Below, piece by piece: positions 17,317 to 25,498 of a stretch of DNA of 28,085 nucleotides. Under the pieces are notes generated by a model that did not search any database, was not told the origin of the DNA, and saw only the letters and a list, made by a program, of their open reading frames with translations. Origin of the DNA: Candidatus Heimdallarchaeota archaeon. GTDB lineage: Archaea > Asgardarchaeota > Heimdallarchaeia > Heimdallarchaeales > Kariarchaeaceae. The DNA lies in NCBI GenBank assembly GCA_015523565.1, contig WAKA01000213.1, forward strand, positions 1-28,085, in the 5' to 3' direction. Within the stretch, counting starts at the first letter, position 1, and each line of letters starts with the position of its first letter. Made by a program: the position numbers and the translations under genes.

Positions 17317-18540
17317 TTGGACAGCAATATTGAATCGTTGACAAACCTATTTGAGAAATATACAGCAGATTCCGTTTTCAAGGATAGAGTAACACTAACC
17401 CCAGAATATGTCCCTGATGAAATGCCAGGAAGGGAAGACGAGCAAAATAGAATGGTCGAGGCATTGTCAATCCTTTTAGACCCTTTTCGTCCAGTTGCAG
17501 TCAATATAGCAATTATAGGACCAGCAGGTGTGGGAAAGACCACATTGGCCAAAAGGATTACAAAAGACCTCCATAGCTATGCCCAGACCATGAACATAAA
17601 TCTGGACACCCATTATGTCAATTGCCATTCATTCAGAACCAAAACATCAATCCTCAGAAGACTTGTAACAGACGGCTTCTCAAACATACAAGGAAGAGGC
17701 TTCAGTGACGAGGAAATGATGGAAATGCTTGCTAAAAAGCTGATGAGGGAAAATAAGAGAATCGTCTTGACAATTGATGAGGCAGGGATGCTGAAAGGGG
17801 AGGACATATTAGGACTGATCCATATGAACGAACTTTTCCCGCCAGGAGAAGGAAGATTTTCAACAATCATCATAACCAGAAGGCAGCAATGGTCATTGAT
17901 GCTGAACACCCACCTTTCAGGCAGGGTTCAAGATCAAATCAACATGCCAAGATATACTCGTGAGCAATTAAAGACAATTCTCGAATATCGAGCCAGACTT
18001 GGATTTTTCGCGGGAGTGCTGAATGATGAGGTTTTGGAAATGATTATTGATATAGCAGCAACCACTGGGAATGCAAGACATGGAATAGAAATAATGCTTC
18101 GATGTGGAATGATCGCTAATGCCAAAAAATCATCGGTGATTACTCCAGAATTTGTCAGAGCGGCAAAAAATGAAGTTTATCCAGAACTGCGCCCAGATGT
18201 CTTCAACGACCTTAAAATTAATGAGCTCCTTGTAGCCCTTGCAATAGCCACTATTCTATCCAAAGGAGGAGGGGCAGTCCATACGACAATCAACGAGGCA
18301 TATCAAGTCTATAAAATGTATTGTGAAACCTATAATGTAAAGGGACAATCAAAAGCGACATTCAGGATCTATCTCGATAATCTAACACAACTAGGCATTG
18401 TTGTTTCTCAAGTCAAACCGATGCCTGATGGAAGTCGAGGAAGAAGATCAATTATCACACTCCATGACATTCCTGCCATTATTGTCAAAGAAAGGGTTGA
18501 GGAGGCCATCAAAAGAAAATTGAAAGAAAGAATGAATTGA
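17317..18540 (+). CDS. cdc6: ORC1/Cdc6-type DNA replication initiator
   Basis: VFKDRVTLTPEYVPDEMPGRE, Walker A GPAGVGKT, YVNC, Walker B TIDEAG, YTREQL..IL..R, GNARHGI and winged-helix RGRRS. TTG start. Confidence 0.95.
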   Translation: MDSNIESLTNLFEKYTADSVFKDRVTLTPEYVPDEMPGREDEQNRMVEALSILLDPFRPVAVNIAIIGPAGVGKTTLAKRITKDLHSYAQTMNINLDTHYVNCHSFRTKTSILRRLVTDGFSNIQGRGFSDEEMMEMLAKKLMRENKRIVLTIDEAGMLKGEDILGLIHMNELFPPGEGRFSTIIITRRQQWSLMLNTHLSGRVQDQINMPRYTREQLKTILEYRARLGFFAGVLNDEVLEMIIDIAATTGNARHGIEIMLRCGMIANAKKSSVITPEFVRAAKNEVYPELRPDVFNDLKINELLVALAIATILSKGGGAVHTTINEAYQVYKMYCETYNVKGQSKATFRIYLDNLTQLGIVVSQVKPMPDGSRGRRSIITLHDIPAIIVKERVEEAIKRKLKERMN

Positions 18541-18639
18541 AGGACACCATTTACCATTTTAGCCAAAATAAAGGACAAAATCCAAAATAATTTCAATAAA
18601 TTAGAAAACATTTATATCTGATTGCGGAAAAGGGAAATT

Positions 18640-19761
18640 ATGCAACAAAACATCAATTCAAATTCACTCGAGAGTTATCTAGAACAGTTTACAACAGATA
18701 TAGCGACAATCACGTCACAACCTGTTTTTCAGGAAATCTACGAGATTTACGACTTGATAAGTCAATCCATGAGAACCTATTTGGTGAGTCAAGGCTTTCT
18801 AGAGTTTAAACCTCCTCTCATTGGTCCAGTGACGGATCCTGGAACTAGAGGGGCAAAACAGGTTGCCATAGACTATTACGGAAAAGAGTATAAATTCATG
18901 AGTAGTGGAATTCTTTACAAGCAACTCCTTAGCATATCGAGGAAAATGGCTGGTAAAGAAGGTAAAATTTTCTTCTTTGCAGACAATCTGAGACTGGAAC
19001 CACTTGAAACAGCAAACACGGATAGACATTTGGCAGAATTCATCCAAGTTGACTTGGAAATTGTCGATGCAGATCATCATCAAGCAATGGATGTTGCAGA
19101 AGGACTGGTAAGTTATTTGCATCAAGAAATGAAAAAATACGAAGCAAAACTCAAACCTATTTGGGAGTTTTTTGAGCCATTAAGTTCACAAAGAGGATTG
19201 AGAAAAAGAGAATCGTTGCCTGAGATTGTTGGAGCTTTCAAAAGGTATACCCATGCAGAAGCTGTTGATCTTTTACAGACATACATTGGAGAAAATCCGG
19301 ATGTTGTTAAAGAAATTCAACAACGATTTGGAGTCAAGGCTTCTAGATTATCTCCAAAGTCTGAAATTCCATGGGAATATGAGTGGCTTCTTTCTCATAT
19401 CCATGACGAACCCTTCTTCATCTATGATTATCCAAAAGGTGCAAGGGGATTTTATGACAGGGAAAGTCCCCAACAGCCAGGAATTCTAATGGATTTTGAC
19501 TTGATTTTTCCGCATGGGTATGGAGAGGCAATTTCTGGTGCTGCAAGAGAATTTGAGGTCTCAAAGGTCATTCCACGAATGAAAGAAAGTGGGGAAAGCC
19601 TTCAGAAATATAGATGGTACCTTGAATTCCTCAAGAAACATGGTCAACCAACCGCAGGGTTTGGAATTGGACTTGAGAGAGCAGTGAGATACTTCTGTGG
19701 ACTTCCTTCAATATTTTTGGCATTGCCATACCCACGAGTGCCAGGAGTTTTTTCAGCGTAG
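18640..19761 (+). CDS. Archaeal-type ammonia-dependent asparagine synthetase (AsnRS/AspRS catalytic-core paralogue lacking the anticodon-binding domain)
   Basis: Class II aaRS motif 1 (FLEFKPPLIGPVTDP), SGILYKQ, motif 2 (NLRLEP...RHLAEFIQVDLE), GYGEAISGAARE and motif 3 (GFGIGLER). No N-terminal OB domain. ATG 18640 preferred over TTG 18622. Confidence 0.88.
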   Translation: MQQNINSNSLESYLEQFTTDIATITSQPVFQEIYEIYDLISQSMRTYLVSQGFLEFKPPLIGPVTDPGTRGAKQVAIDYYGKEYKFMSSGILYKQLLSISRKMAGKEGKIFFFADNLRLEPLETANTDRHLAEFIQVDLEIVDADHHQAMDVAEGLVSYLHQEMKKYEAKLKPIWEFFEPLSSQRGLRKRESLPEIVGAFKRYTHAEAVDLLQTYIGENPDVVKEIQQRFGVKASRLSPKSEIPWEYEWLLSHIHDEPFFIYDYPKGARGFYDRESPQQPGILMDFDLIFPHGYGEAISGAAREFEVSKVIPRMKESGESLQKYRWYLEFLKKHGQPTAGFGIGLERAVRYFCGLPSIFLALPYPRVPGVFSA

Positions 19762-19765
19762 GTGA
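19760..19765 (+). promoter_or_regulatory. Shine-Dalgarno AGGTGA overlapping the upstream stop codon (translational coupling)
   Basis: gcgTAGGTGAgatcATG; GGTGA is the archaeal SD core. Confidence 0.65.
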
Positions 19766-19769
19766 GATC

Positions 19770-21176
19770 ATGTACCCATATAAACAGATAATAGACAGGG
19801 CAAGAAACGGAAGAACTGCGGTATACCCAAAAGCATCTGATTCTTCAAGATTATCCATCATGGGAGCTAAAATCACAGGTGAATTTAAAAGATTCCCGAC
19901 TATGGAAGACATATTAATTGTTCCGCCATTGTTCACCCCTCAAAGACTTGAAAAATCTATAGACTTACTTGTGCGTGAACCAGTATTTTTTGATGTTGAA
20001 CTTGCAGGAAAATTGGGAGGGTTCCATGTTTCCATGCCATTAGTTCAATCATCCATGGGCAGTCCAGACGTTTGGAACCTTCTTGCACCTTATGCAGCAA
20101 AAGCATGTGCATTGGAAGGGATAATATATGGAATAGGGGAAAACGTCGCAGCAACATGGGGCTATGAGACAAGGAAAGTCAAGAGCCAGCCTTGCCTTAA
20201 GGAGAGAATACTTGCATATTTTGAAAATTTCCATGGAAAAGGAGGAGTCGTTATTCAACAAAATGAGGAAGACGCACAAAGTGAATTATGGAACAGGTTA
20301 TACTCAGACCCTGACCTGACACAGTTTTTCGAAGATGGATTTATTGCATTTGAGATCAAGGGAGGTCAGGGGGCAAAAGCTGGCATGGGAGGAGAAAGAT
20401 ACATAGACAGAAAAACGGCTCTTGAACTGAAGGACACTTATTATATTCATCCAGATCCAGAAATGGTGGAACAAGAAAGATATGAACGACATTCAGCCCC
20501 AGATATTTTTACAGAAGAAATTTTGCGAAACAGGATTATCAAGATGAAAAACGACTACCCAAACGCAAAAATCTGGCTGAAAGTTGGACCATATAGAGAT
20601 TTAGCAAGAGTATTGGAAATTGCGGGAGATACTGGTGTAGATTGCCTTAGCATTGATGGAAAAGAAGGGGGGACAGGGATGAGCCCCTCAGTTGCAATGT
20701 CACATGTTGGACTACCGATACTTGCCTGCATTGCATTGATCAGTGAACAAAAGAAGAAATATCCAAGAACAGATGTCATAATCTCTGGAAGAATGATGTC
20801 AGGCGCAGATCTTGTCAAGGCAATGGCCTTGGGAATGAATGGAATTGCCATGGGAAGACCATTTTTGATTTCAGGCTATAGTTTCAGGTTTGCTGAAAGA
20901 TACCTTGCCTCTGAGCTTTACAGGAAAAAGCTTATTGCAAAGATTGCAATGAAAATAAGGAAACCAAATGAACAATCAGTGCAGTTAATTCGCAATTTTG
21001 TTGAAACTATTCGTATAGAAGCACAGTTGCTGACAGCAGGACTTGGGAAATACGATTTGAAAAAATTGTCTAAAGAGGATTTGGCAACTGTTTCTGAGCA
21101 AATTGCAACTATGTTGGACATTCCAAGCATCTATAGTCAAAAAGAAATGTTTGTGAAACCCCTGATAGTTGCTTAG
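19770..21176 (+). CDS. FMN-binding glutamate synthase family protein (stand-alone GltB FMN domain, no Fe-S cysteines)
   Basis: SSMGS, GIGEN, EIKGGQGAKAGMGG, KIWLKV, SIDGKEGGTGMSP, VGLP and SG...SGADLVKAMALG...MGRPFL. Confidence 0.88.
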   Translation: MYPYKQIIDRARNGRTAVYPKASDSSRLSIMGAKITGEFKRFPTMEDILIVPPLFTPQRLEKSIDLLVREPVFFDVELAGKLGGFHVSMPLVQSSMGSPDVWNLLAPYAAKACALEGIIYGIGENVAATWGYETRKVKSQPCLKERILAYFENFHGKGGVVIQQNEEDAQSELWNRLYSDPDLTQFFEDGFIAFEIKGGQGAKAGMGGERYIDRKTALELKDTYYIHPDPEMVEQERYERHSAPDIFTEEILRNRIIKMKNDYPNAKIWLKVGPYRDLARVLEIAGDTGVDCLSIDGKEGGTGMSPSVAMSHVGLPILACIALISEQKKKYPRTDVIISGRMMSGADLVKAMALGMNGIAMGRPFLISGYSFRFAERYLASELYRKKLIAKIAMKIRKPNEQSVQLIRNFVETIRIEAQLLTAGLGKYDLKKLSKEDLATVSEQIATMLDIPSIYSQKEMFVKPLIVA

Positions 21177-21400
21177 GATCTAAAAGTTCCACATTCCATA
21201 CAAACGAAAATTCCTTTTGAATAGAGCTCAGTAATAAAATTTGATTGACATCTGACACATCTTGTCTCAACTTCAATGGGACCACTGAATTCGGGGAATT
21301 TGGAAATCCCTTCATCACTATGGAATTCGAGAATTTGAAGGGCTACTTCCAGGACTTCTTCAATTTTAGGGATTAGTTTCGGTTCATTTTTTGTTTCCAT
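21173..21400 (-). CDS. Small zinc-ribbon protein
   Basis: 75 aa with CVRC...CMECG. GGTGA SD upstream (ggtgatgacaaaATG). Stop overlaps the stop of the convergent GltB-like gene. Confidence 0.75.
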   Translation of the reverse strand: METKNEPKLIPKIEEVLEVALQILEFHSDEGISKFPEFSGPIEVETRCVRCQSNFITELYSKGIFVCMECGTFRS

Positions 21401-21414
21401 TTTGTCATCACCAT

Positions 21415-21511
21415 AATTCTAAACCGCCCTTTTGAGGAGGGTTAGGTATCATGAGTTCTCAGGGAAGGGCGGATTACTTTCGGGACAGTCTCTCTGACTG
21501 AGCTACTGTGC
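21415..21511 (-). ncRNA. Candidate structured ncRNA or 5' leader (two hairpins)
   Basis: GC-rich island in an AT-rich intergenic region. Hairpin 1 is ACAGT-AG-CTC-AGTCAGA-GAG-ACTGT. Hairpin 2 is CCGCCCTT..TGAG...CTCA..AAGGGCGG. TATA box just upstream. Confidence 0.5.
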
Positions 21512-21559
21512 AATATTATTGACTTTAGTATTTAAACTCCGACAAAATATTACTTTCGG
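21473..21559. repeat. 11-bp direct repeat ATTACTTTCGG (21473-21483 and 21549-21559)
   Basis: Exact copies on either side of the TATA box, 76 bp apart. Confidence 0.6.
21529..21536 (-). promoter_or_regulatory. Archaeal TATA box TTTAAATA
   Basis: Consensus-type TATA about 25-30 nt before the start of the hairpin region on the minus strand. Confidence 0.55.
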
Positions 21560-21576
21560 TAAACACTCCCACCCAC

Positions 21577-21915
21577 TCATATGGGGATAATGCTTATGGT
21601 CTCTCGCTCAGAAATGATGACGGGAAGATTATCCTCTATTGTTTGCTGGATCTTGTCCAGATAATCCATTAGATCACTTTCTCGATCATCCCAAGATCGA
21701 CGGAAAATAAAAATGAATTCCGCATCCCCTGCAATGCCAAGGTAATCCAAACGAAAGTCTACATTTCGGTAGGGTTCAACCTTGTTGAGTTCATCAACCA
21801 GTTCGGCAGACAGCATGTCAAGTTCGGCAAATTCCATCTCATCTTCACCTTCGGTCAGGTATGCAGAAAAAAGTACTGTTTGCCGATAGTTTCCTGATGA
21901 AGACACTAAACACAA
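21577..21915 (-). CDS. Small acidic protein, probable ferredoxin-like fold resembling a stand-alone Lrp/AsnC ligand-binding (RAM) domain
   Basis: Apparent beta-alpha-beta-beta-alpha-beta pattern. IAGDAEFIFIF resembles vtGdyDiivkv, DLMDYLDKI is helical, and ISERETISI resembles vkrteTliv. Start uncertain (21915 or GTG 21906). Confidence 0.5.
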   Translation of the reverse strand: MCLVSSSGNYRQTVLFSAYLTEGEDEMEFAELDMLSAELVDELNKVEPYRNVDFRLDYLGIAGDAEFIFIFRRSWDDRESDLMDYLDKIQQTIEDNLPVIISERETISIIPI

Positions 21916-21943
21916 AAAACTTGAGGAATATATGAAAATTTGC

Positions 21944-23908
21944 TTAGGCTGTTGGAACTGAGGAGTTGTCCTTTCCTCTCTTGTTTACGATAACTAAATC
22001 ATCATCGGACAGTTCTTCATTAATTTTTTTGTTGGCTCTTTTTTCCTGAACATCATAGGATGTAGCAAATTTATCAGCCACATATGAGTATTCGGGAACA
22101 AGTGCCGCCCTCAATACCTCGTCAAAGGTTTTCACAGGAATGATTTCAAGCTTGTCTTGAAATTCAGGATCCAGTTTTAGATCACGAAGATTTTGATGGG
22201 GAATAATCACTCGTTTGATTCCGACACGAGCAGCGGCCTCTGCCTTATAGGTAACCCCGCCAATTGGAAGAACCATTCCCCGAACGCTCAACGAACCCGT
22301 CATGGCAGTGTCTTGACGAACTGGGGCTTCTTCAATTGCAGAAACAATGGCGGTGGCAATCGTGATTGACGCAGAATCACCTTCAACACCGTGAACCCCA
22401 ACAAATTGGATATGGATGTCATGATTTGAGATATCCTTGCCCAAATAGTTTTTAATTAACGCAGAGATATTTTGCACGGATTCTCGGGCAATAACACGGA
22501 GTTGACCTGTTGCATAGATCTTTCCTGCGCCTACTGTAGAAGCAGGAGTGATAGCCGCCTCTATCGGCATGACAGAACCTGCGGTATTTCCATAAACAGC
22601 CAGCCCGTTTACTCTTCCAATCAGTCCCTTGTTCACTTGTATCAAATCGTAATCTTTTCTCGCTTCCAGGATCTGAAGACTCAATTGATTTTCCAAAGTG
22701 ATGGCAAGACGACGGGCATCGAGGACGTCTTCCTCGAGTACCAAGGAATGACCACGTTCAACAGCAAGATCACCTGCTGTTCGAACCAATCCACCAAGGT
22801 CTCTAAGAAGGAGTGTCAGAGAGTTGGGACGCCCAGCACGTCTTTGTGCCTCAAAAATAACCTGTTCAACTGCGGCCTTGGTAAAATGGGGGATTTTATG
22901 ATCCTTTGCAACCTCCTGTGAGACAAACCTTGCCAATTTTCTACGGTTTGCCATAGTATCCTCCATAGTTGTTTCCATGACTATTTCGTATCCTTGCCCT
23001 CTAATTCGAGAACGAAGTGCAGGATGTAGATTTCGAATTGTCTCTTGGTTACCTGCCGCTATGAAAATGAAATTGCAGGGGACAGGTTCTGTTCGAACCA
23101 TGGCACCAGATGAAAGTTCGCTTTGACCCGTAATGGGGAACTTCTTTTCTTGAAGGGCTGTCAGCAATTTCTGTTGTGTCTTTATGCTGAGGGTTCCAAC
23201 TTCATCAATATACAGTATCCCCTTGTTTGCTTTGTGGATCAAGCCCACTTCAACCCTTTCATGAGGAGGGGTGCCCAAACCCCCTGATTGGAAGGGGTCA
23301 TGTCTAACATCACCTAATAATGCCCCACTATGTGCACCCGTTGCATCAACAAAAGGGGCAGTATCAGATTGGGAAGTGTCTACAAGTATTTTTGGAACCA
23401 AAAACTCACTCCGACCTCGGACACTGTTGAGAACCATAAAGGCAAACAAGGCAACCAATGTTGCCCATATAAGGGAATCGACATTCCAGCCTGATAAAAG
23501 ACCAAACAAGAATATCAAAGAGAGTGGAATAAGAATTGCAATCAGATTTTTTGTGCTTTCTTGTTTCCTTGCCCTTTCTTGTGCAATTTCAACTCTTGCC
23601 CTGCCTTCGCCTGATGGAAGGGTCACGATCCTTGGATTGTTTGGGTTTTTGGGATTGGCAACAACAAGAATGTCTTCCAATGTGTCTTTGGGGAGGAGTT
23701 CAGCTGTGGCGGCACCCAAAAGTGATTTTCCAGTTCCAGGTTCTCCAATTAACATGACATGGCGACCTTGCAAGGCGGCCTTTCTAATTATCCGGACTGC
23801 CTTGTCTTGTCCGAGGACTTGATCAATTAGTTTCGGAGGGACACTTATCTCGCTTGTATCACGAAAATCGATATCCAAGATAGGTGTGTTACGTTTGGCA
23901 TTCATCAT
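21944..23908 (-). CDS. lonB: Archaeal membrane-anchored ATP-dependent protease LonB
   Basis: VPPKLIDQVLGQDKA, Walker A GEPGTGKS, two-TM insert, GALLGDVRHDPFQSGGLGTP, YIDE, and the Ser-Lys dyad VEGDSAS...PIGGVTYK. Confidence 0.97.
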   Translation of the reverse strand: MMNAKRNTPILDIDFRDTSEISVPPKLIDQVLGQDKAVRIIRKAALQGRHVMLIGEPGTGKSLLGAATAELLPKDTLEDILVVANPKNPNNPRIVTLPSGEGRARVEIAQERARKQESTKNLIAILIPLSLIFLFGLLSGWNVDSLIWATLVALFAFMVLNSVRGRSEFLVPKILVDTSQSDTAPFVDATGAHSGALLGDVRHDPFQSGGLGTPPHERVEVGLIHKANKGILYIDEVGTLSIKTQQKLLTALQEKKFPITGQSELSSGAMVRTEPVPCNFIFIAAGNQETIRNLHPALRSRIRGQGYEIVMETTMEDTMANRRKLARFVSQEVAKDHKIPHFTKAAVEQVIFEAQRRAGRPNSLTLLLRDLGGLVRTAGDLAVERGHSLVLEEDVLDARRLAITLENQLSLQILEARKDYDLIQVNKGLIGRVNGLAVYGNTAGSVMPIEAAITPASTVGAGKIYATGQLRVIARESVQNISALIKNYLGKDISNHDIHIQFVGVHGVEGDSASITIATAIVSAIEEAPVRQDTAMTGSLSVRGMVLPIGGVTYKAEAAARVGIKRVIIPHQNLRDLKLDPEFQDKLEIIPVKTFDEVLRAALVPEYSYVADKFATSYDVQEKRANKKINEELSDDDLVIVNKRGKDNSSVPTA

Positions 23909-24003
23909 ATTGGTATTTCATACTAGATAGAGACAACGACATTAAAAAGAAATTCTATTGAACCGAAAAAAAACAATATGTCGGAAAAATGAAATAAAGA
24001 AGG

Positions 24004-25440
24004 TTATTCATTTGCATCATTCTCTTTTTTTGATGCTTTCCCCTTTTTTGGGAGAAAAGACCCTATCTTTTTTATACTTTTACGACTTGTGTTTCCTACG
24101 CTTCCTAGTATATTTTTGGCAAGGCGAGGGGGTGTTTTGAGGGTTGAAACAATTTTGTTTTCTTTTTGGACTGGTTCGGGTCTTTTTACGACAGATTTCC
24201 CATTGTCTTCTTGCGCCATCTCATTTCTTTCATCTGTTAGATTTTTTATATCAGGGGAGGGGGTAGTATTATCTGAAGACAGTTTTTCACTGGAAGAGAC
24301 ACCCATATCAATTTGCTCTCTTTTTTCGGAATATTCGTTCTCATCATTTAATTCTTCACTTTGAATCTCAAGTGATTCATCTGTTGACCTGTCTACAGGG
24401 GATTCAAGTTTTTCGTTCTTGCTTGAGAAGGGAAGTCGAAGAATACCCTTGATTTTGGATTTTTTTTCTTGAATCTTTTTTGCTCGTTCTTCACGTTTCT
24501 TTCGTTTTTCTTCCTCTTTTCGCCGTTTTTCCTCCTCTTTTTCATATTGTTCGAGTCGTTTTTCCATGCTTTTGTACTTTTCAACGTCAAAAATCAGTTC
24601 TGTCATGGCAACAGGGATGTCGAGCCTCTCCAAGGTTTTCCCTGTAATTTCACCCCTGAAATAGAAATAATAGGCAGTAACCAACATACCTAAAGGCATT
24701 GTCAAAAGTATCATACCATTAGCTAGAAGTGTCAAGAAAATCAATAAGTTATCGAGAAATGATAAGTTGGGATCTGAAGACAAAGAAAGCCCAGCAGTTA
24801 CAGCTCCTATTGTAATAAAACTATTGAAACGCGCACGGTATTTGTCTGAGACACGCCAATTGATCTTTTTGCCTTTGTGCCAAGATTTCAATTGCAAATC
24901 TTCCATAGCCCAAACAACAGGAATTATCGGAGTCAGAATGACTGGCACTACAAATAAAATAACACTCCAACCGATAGTAGATGCCATTTCCCTGATTGGA
25001 GATTCAGGTCGTATTTCAGGTTTGACTTGAATTGCAAGTTTTACCAGTGTAGTGGTAACACCTAGAAATGCAATTCCAATGTTAATGAATCTACCAATTG
25101 GTGCAAACAATCCAATTTTTTCACGAGATTCAACATATTCGGAATATATGAGATTTCCACCAGAGATTAACTTCTTGCCCAAAAATGATTGAGTGACAAA
25201 TTCAATAACCCAAGGGGCAAACACTGGAGTGAATTTTCTCCAAAGGGGAAAAACAAAAGCAACTGAAAAGACAGAAGCAGCAAAGAGAAAAAAGCCAAGG
25301 ATTGGATTGGGAGTGACAAAATACACAAATTGAAGATAAAAGCCAAGTGCAATCAAAAGAATCATTGTAATGTAGGGAAGTTTATTGATTACCCATTTTA
25401 TTCTCCTTCCAATCCATTTGAGTAAATACCATTCCGACAT
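24004..25440 (-). CDS. Hypothetical polytopic membrane protein (about 6 TM) with ER/K helix and long disordered charged C-terminal tail
   Basis: Several hydrophobic segments, then EKEEEKRRKEEEKRKKREER and an S/E/K-rich tail. Likely ATG 25440; the ORF-track start overlaps the GGR gene. Confidence 0.75.
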   Translation of the reverse strand: MSEWYLLKWIGRRIKWVINKLPYITMILLIALGFYLQFVYFVTPNPILGFFLFAASVFSVAFVFPLWRKFTPVFAPWVIEFVTQSFLGKKLISGGNLIYSEYVESREKIGLFAPIGRFINIGIAFLGVTTTLVKLAIQVKPEIRPESPIREMASTIGWSVILFVVPVILTPIIPVVWAMEDLQLKSWHKGKKINWRVSDKYRARFNSFITIGAVTAGLSLSSDPNLSFLDNLLIFLTLLANGMILLTMPLGMLVTAYYFYFRGEITGKTLERLDIPVAMTELIFDVEKYKSMEKRLEQYEKEEEKRRKEEEKRKKREERAKKIQEKKSKIKGILRLPFSSKNEKLESPVDRSTDESLEIQSEELNDENEYSEKREQIDMGVSSSEKLSSDNTTPSPDIKNLTDERNEMAQEDNGKSVVKRPEPVQKENKIVSTLKTPPRLAKNILGSVGNTSRKSIKKIGSFLPKKGKASKKENDANE

Positions 25441-25498
25441 CAATATTAATAGAGAAAAATCTGAACTTAAATGATGAGAAACTTCTTCTGGATAAATG

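Noticed and set aside
18640-19761. Asparaginyl- or aspartyl-tRNA synthetase
   Set aside because: No N-terminal OB-fold anticodon-binding domain; the sequence begins just before motif 1.
21440-21465. TPP riboswitch (CTGAGA...ACCT), or glycine/fluoride riboswitch fragments
   Set aside because: Only isolated short words match. The ACCTGAT...GCGNAGGGA core and the required pairings are absent, and the glycine-like words lie on opposite strands.
21430-21511. tRNA gene suggested by TAGCTCAGT...AGAG
   Set aside because: No T-loop (GTTCRAATC/GTTCGA) at the proper distance and no acceptor-stem complement.
21415-21579. Selenocysteine read-through of the TGA at 21577 (giving ...ISIIPI-U-VGG, MoaD/SAMP-like) with a SECIS-like AUGA...GA downstream
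   Set aside because: The putative SECIS helix pairs poorly and competes with a stronger stem. The protein looks ferredoxin-like rather than beta-grasp, and GG would not be terminal.
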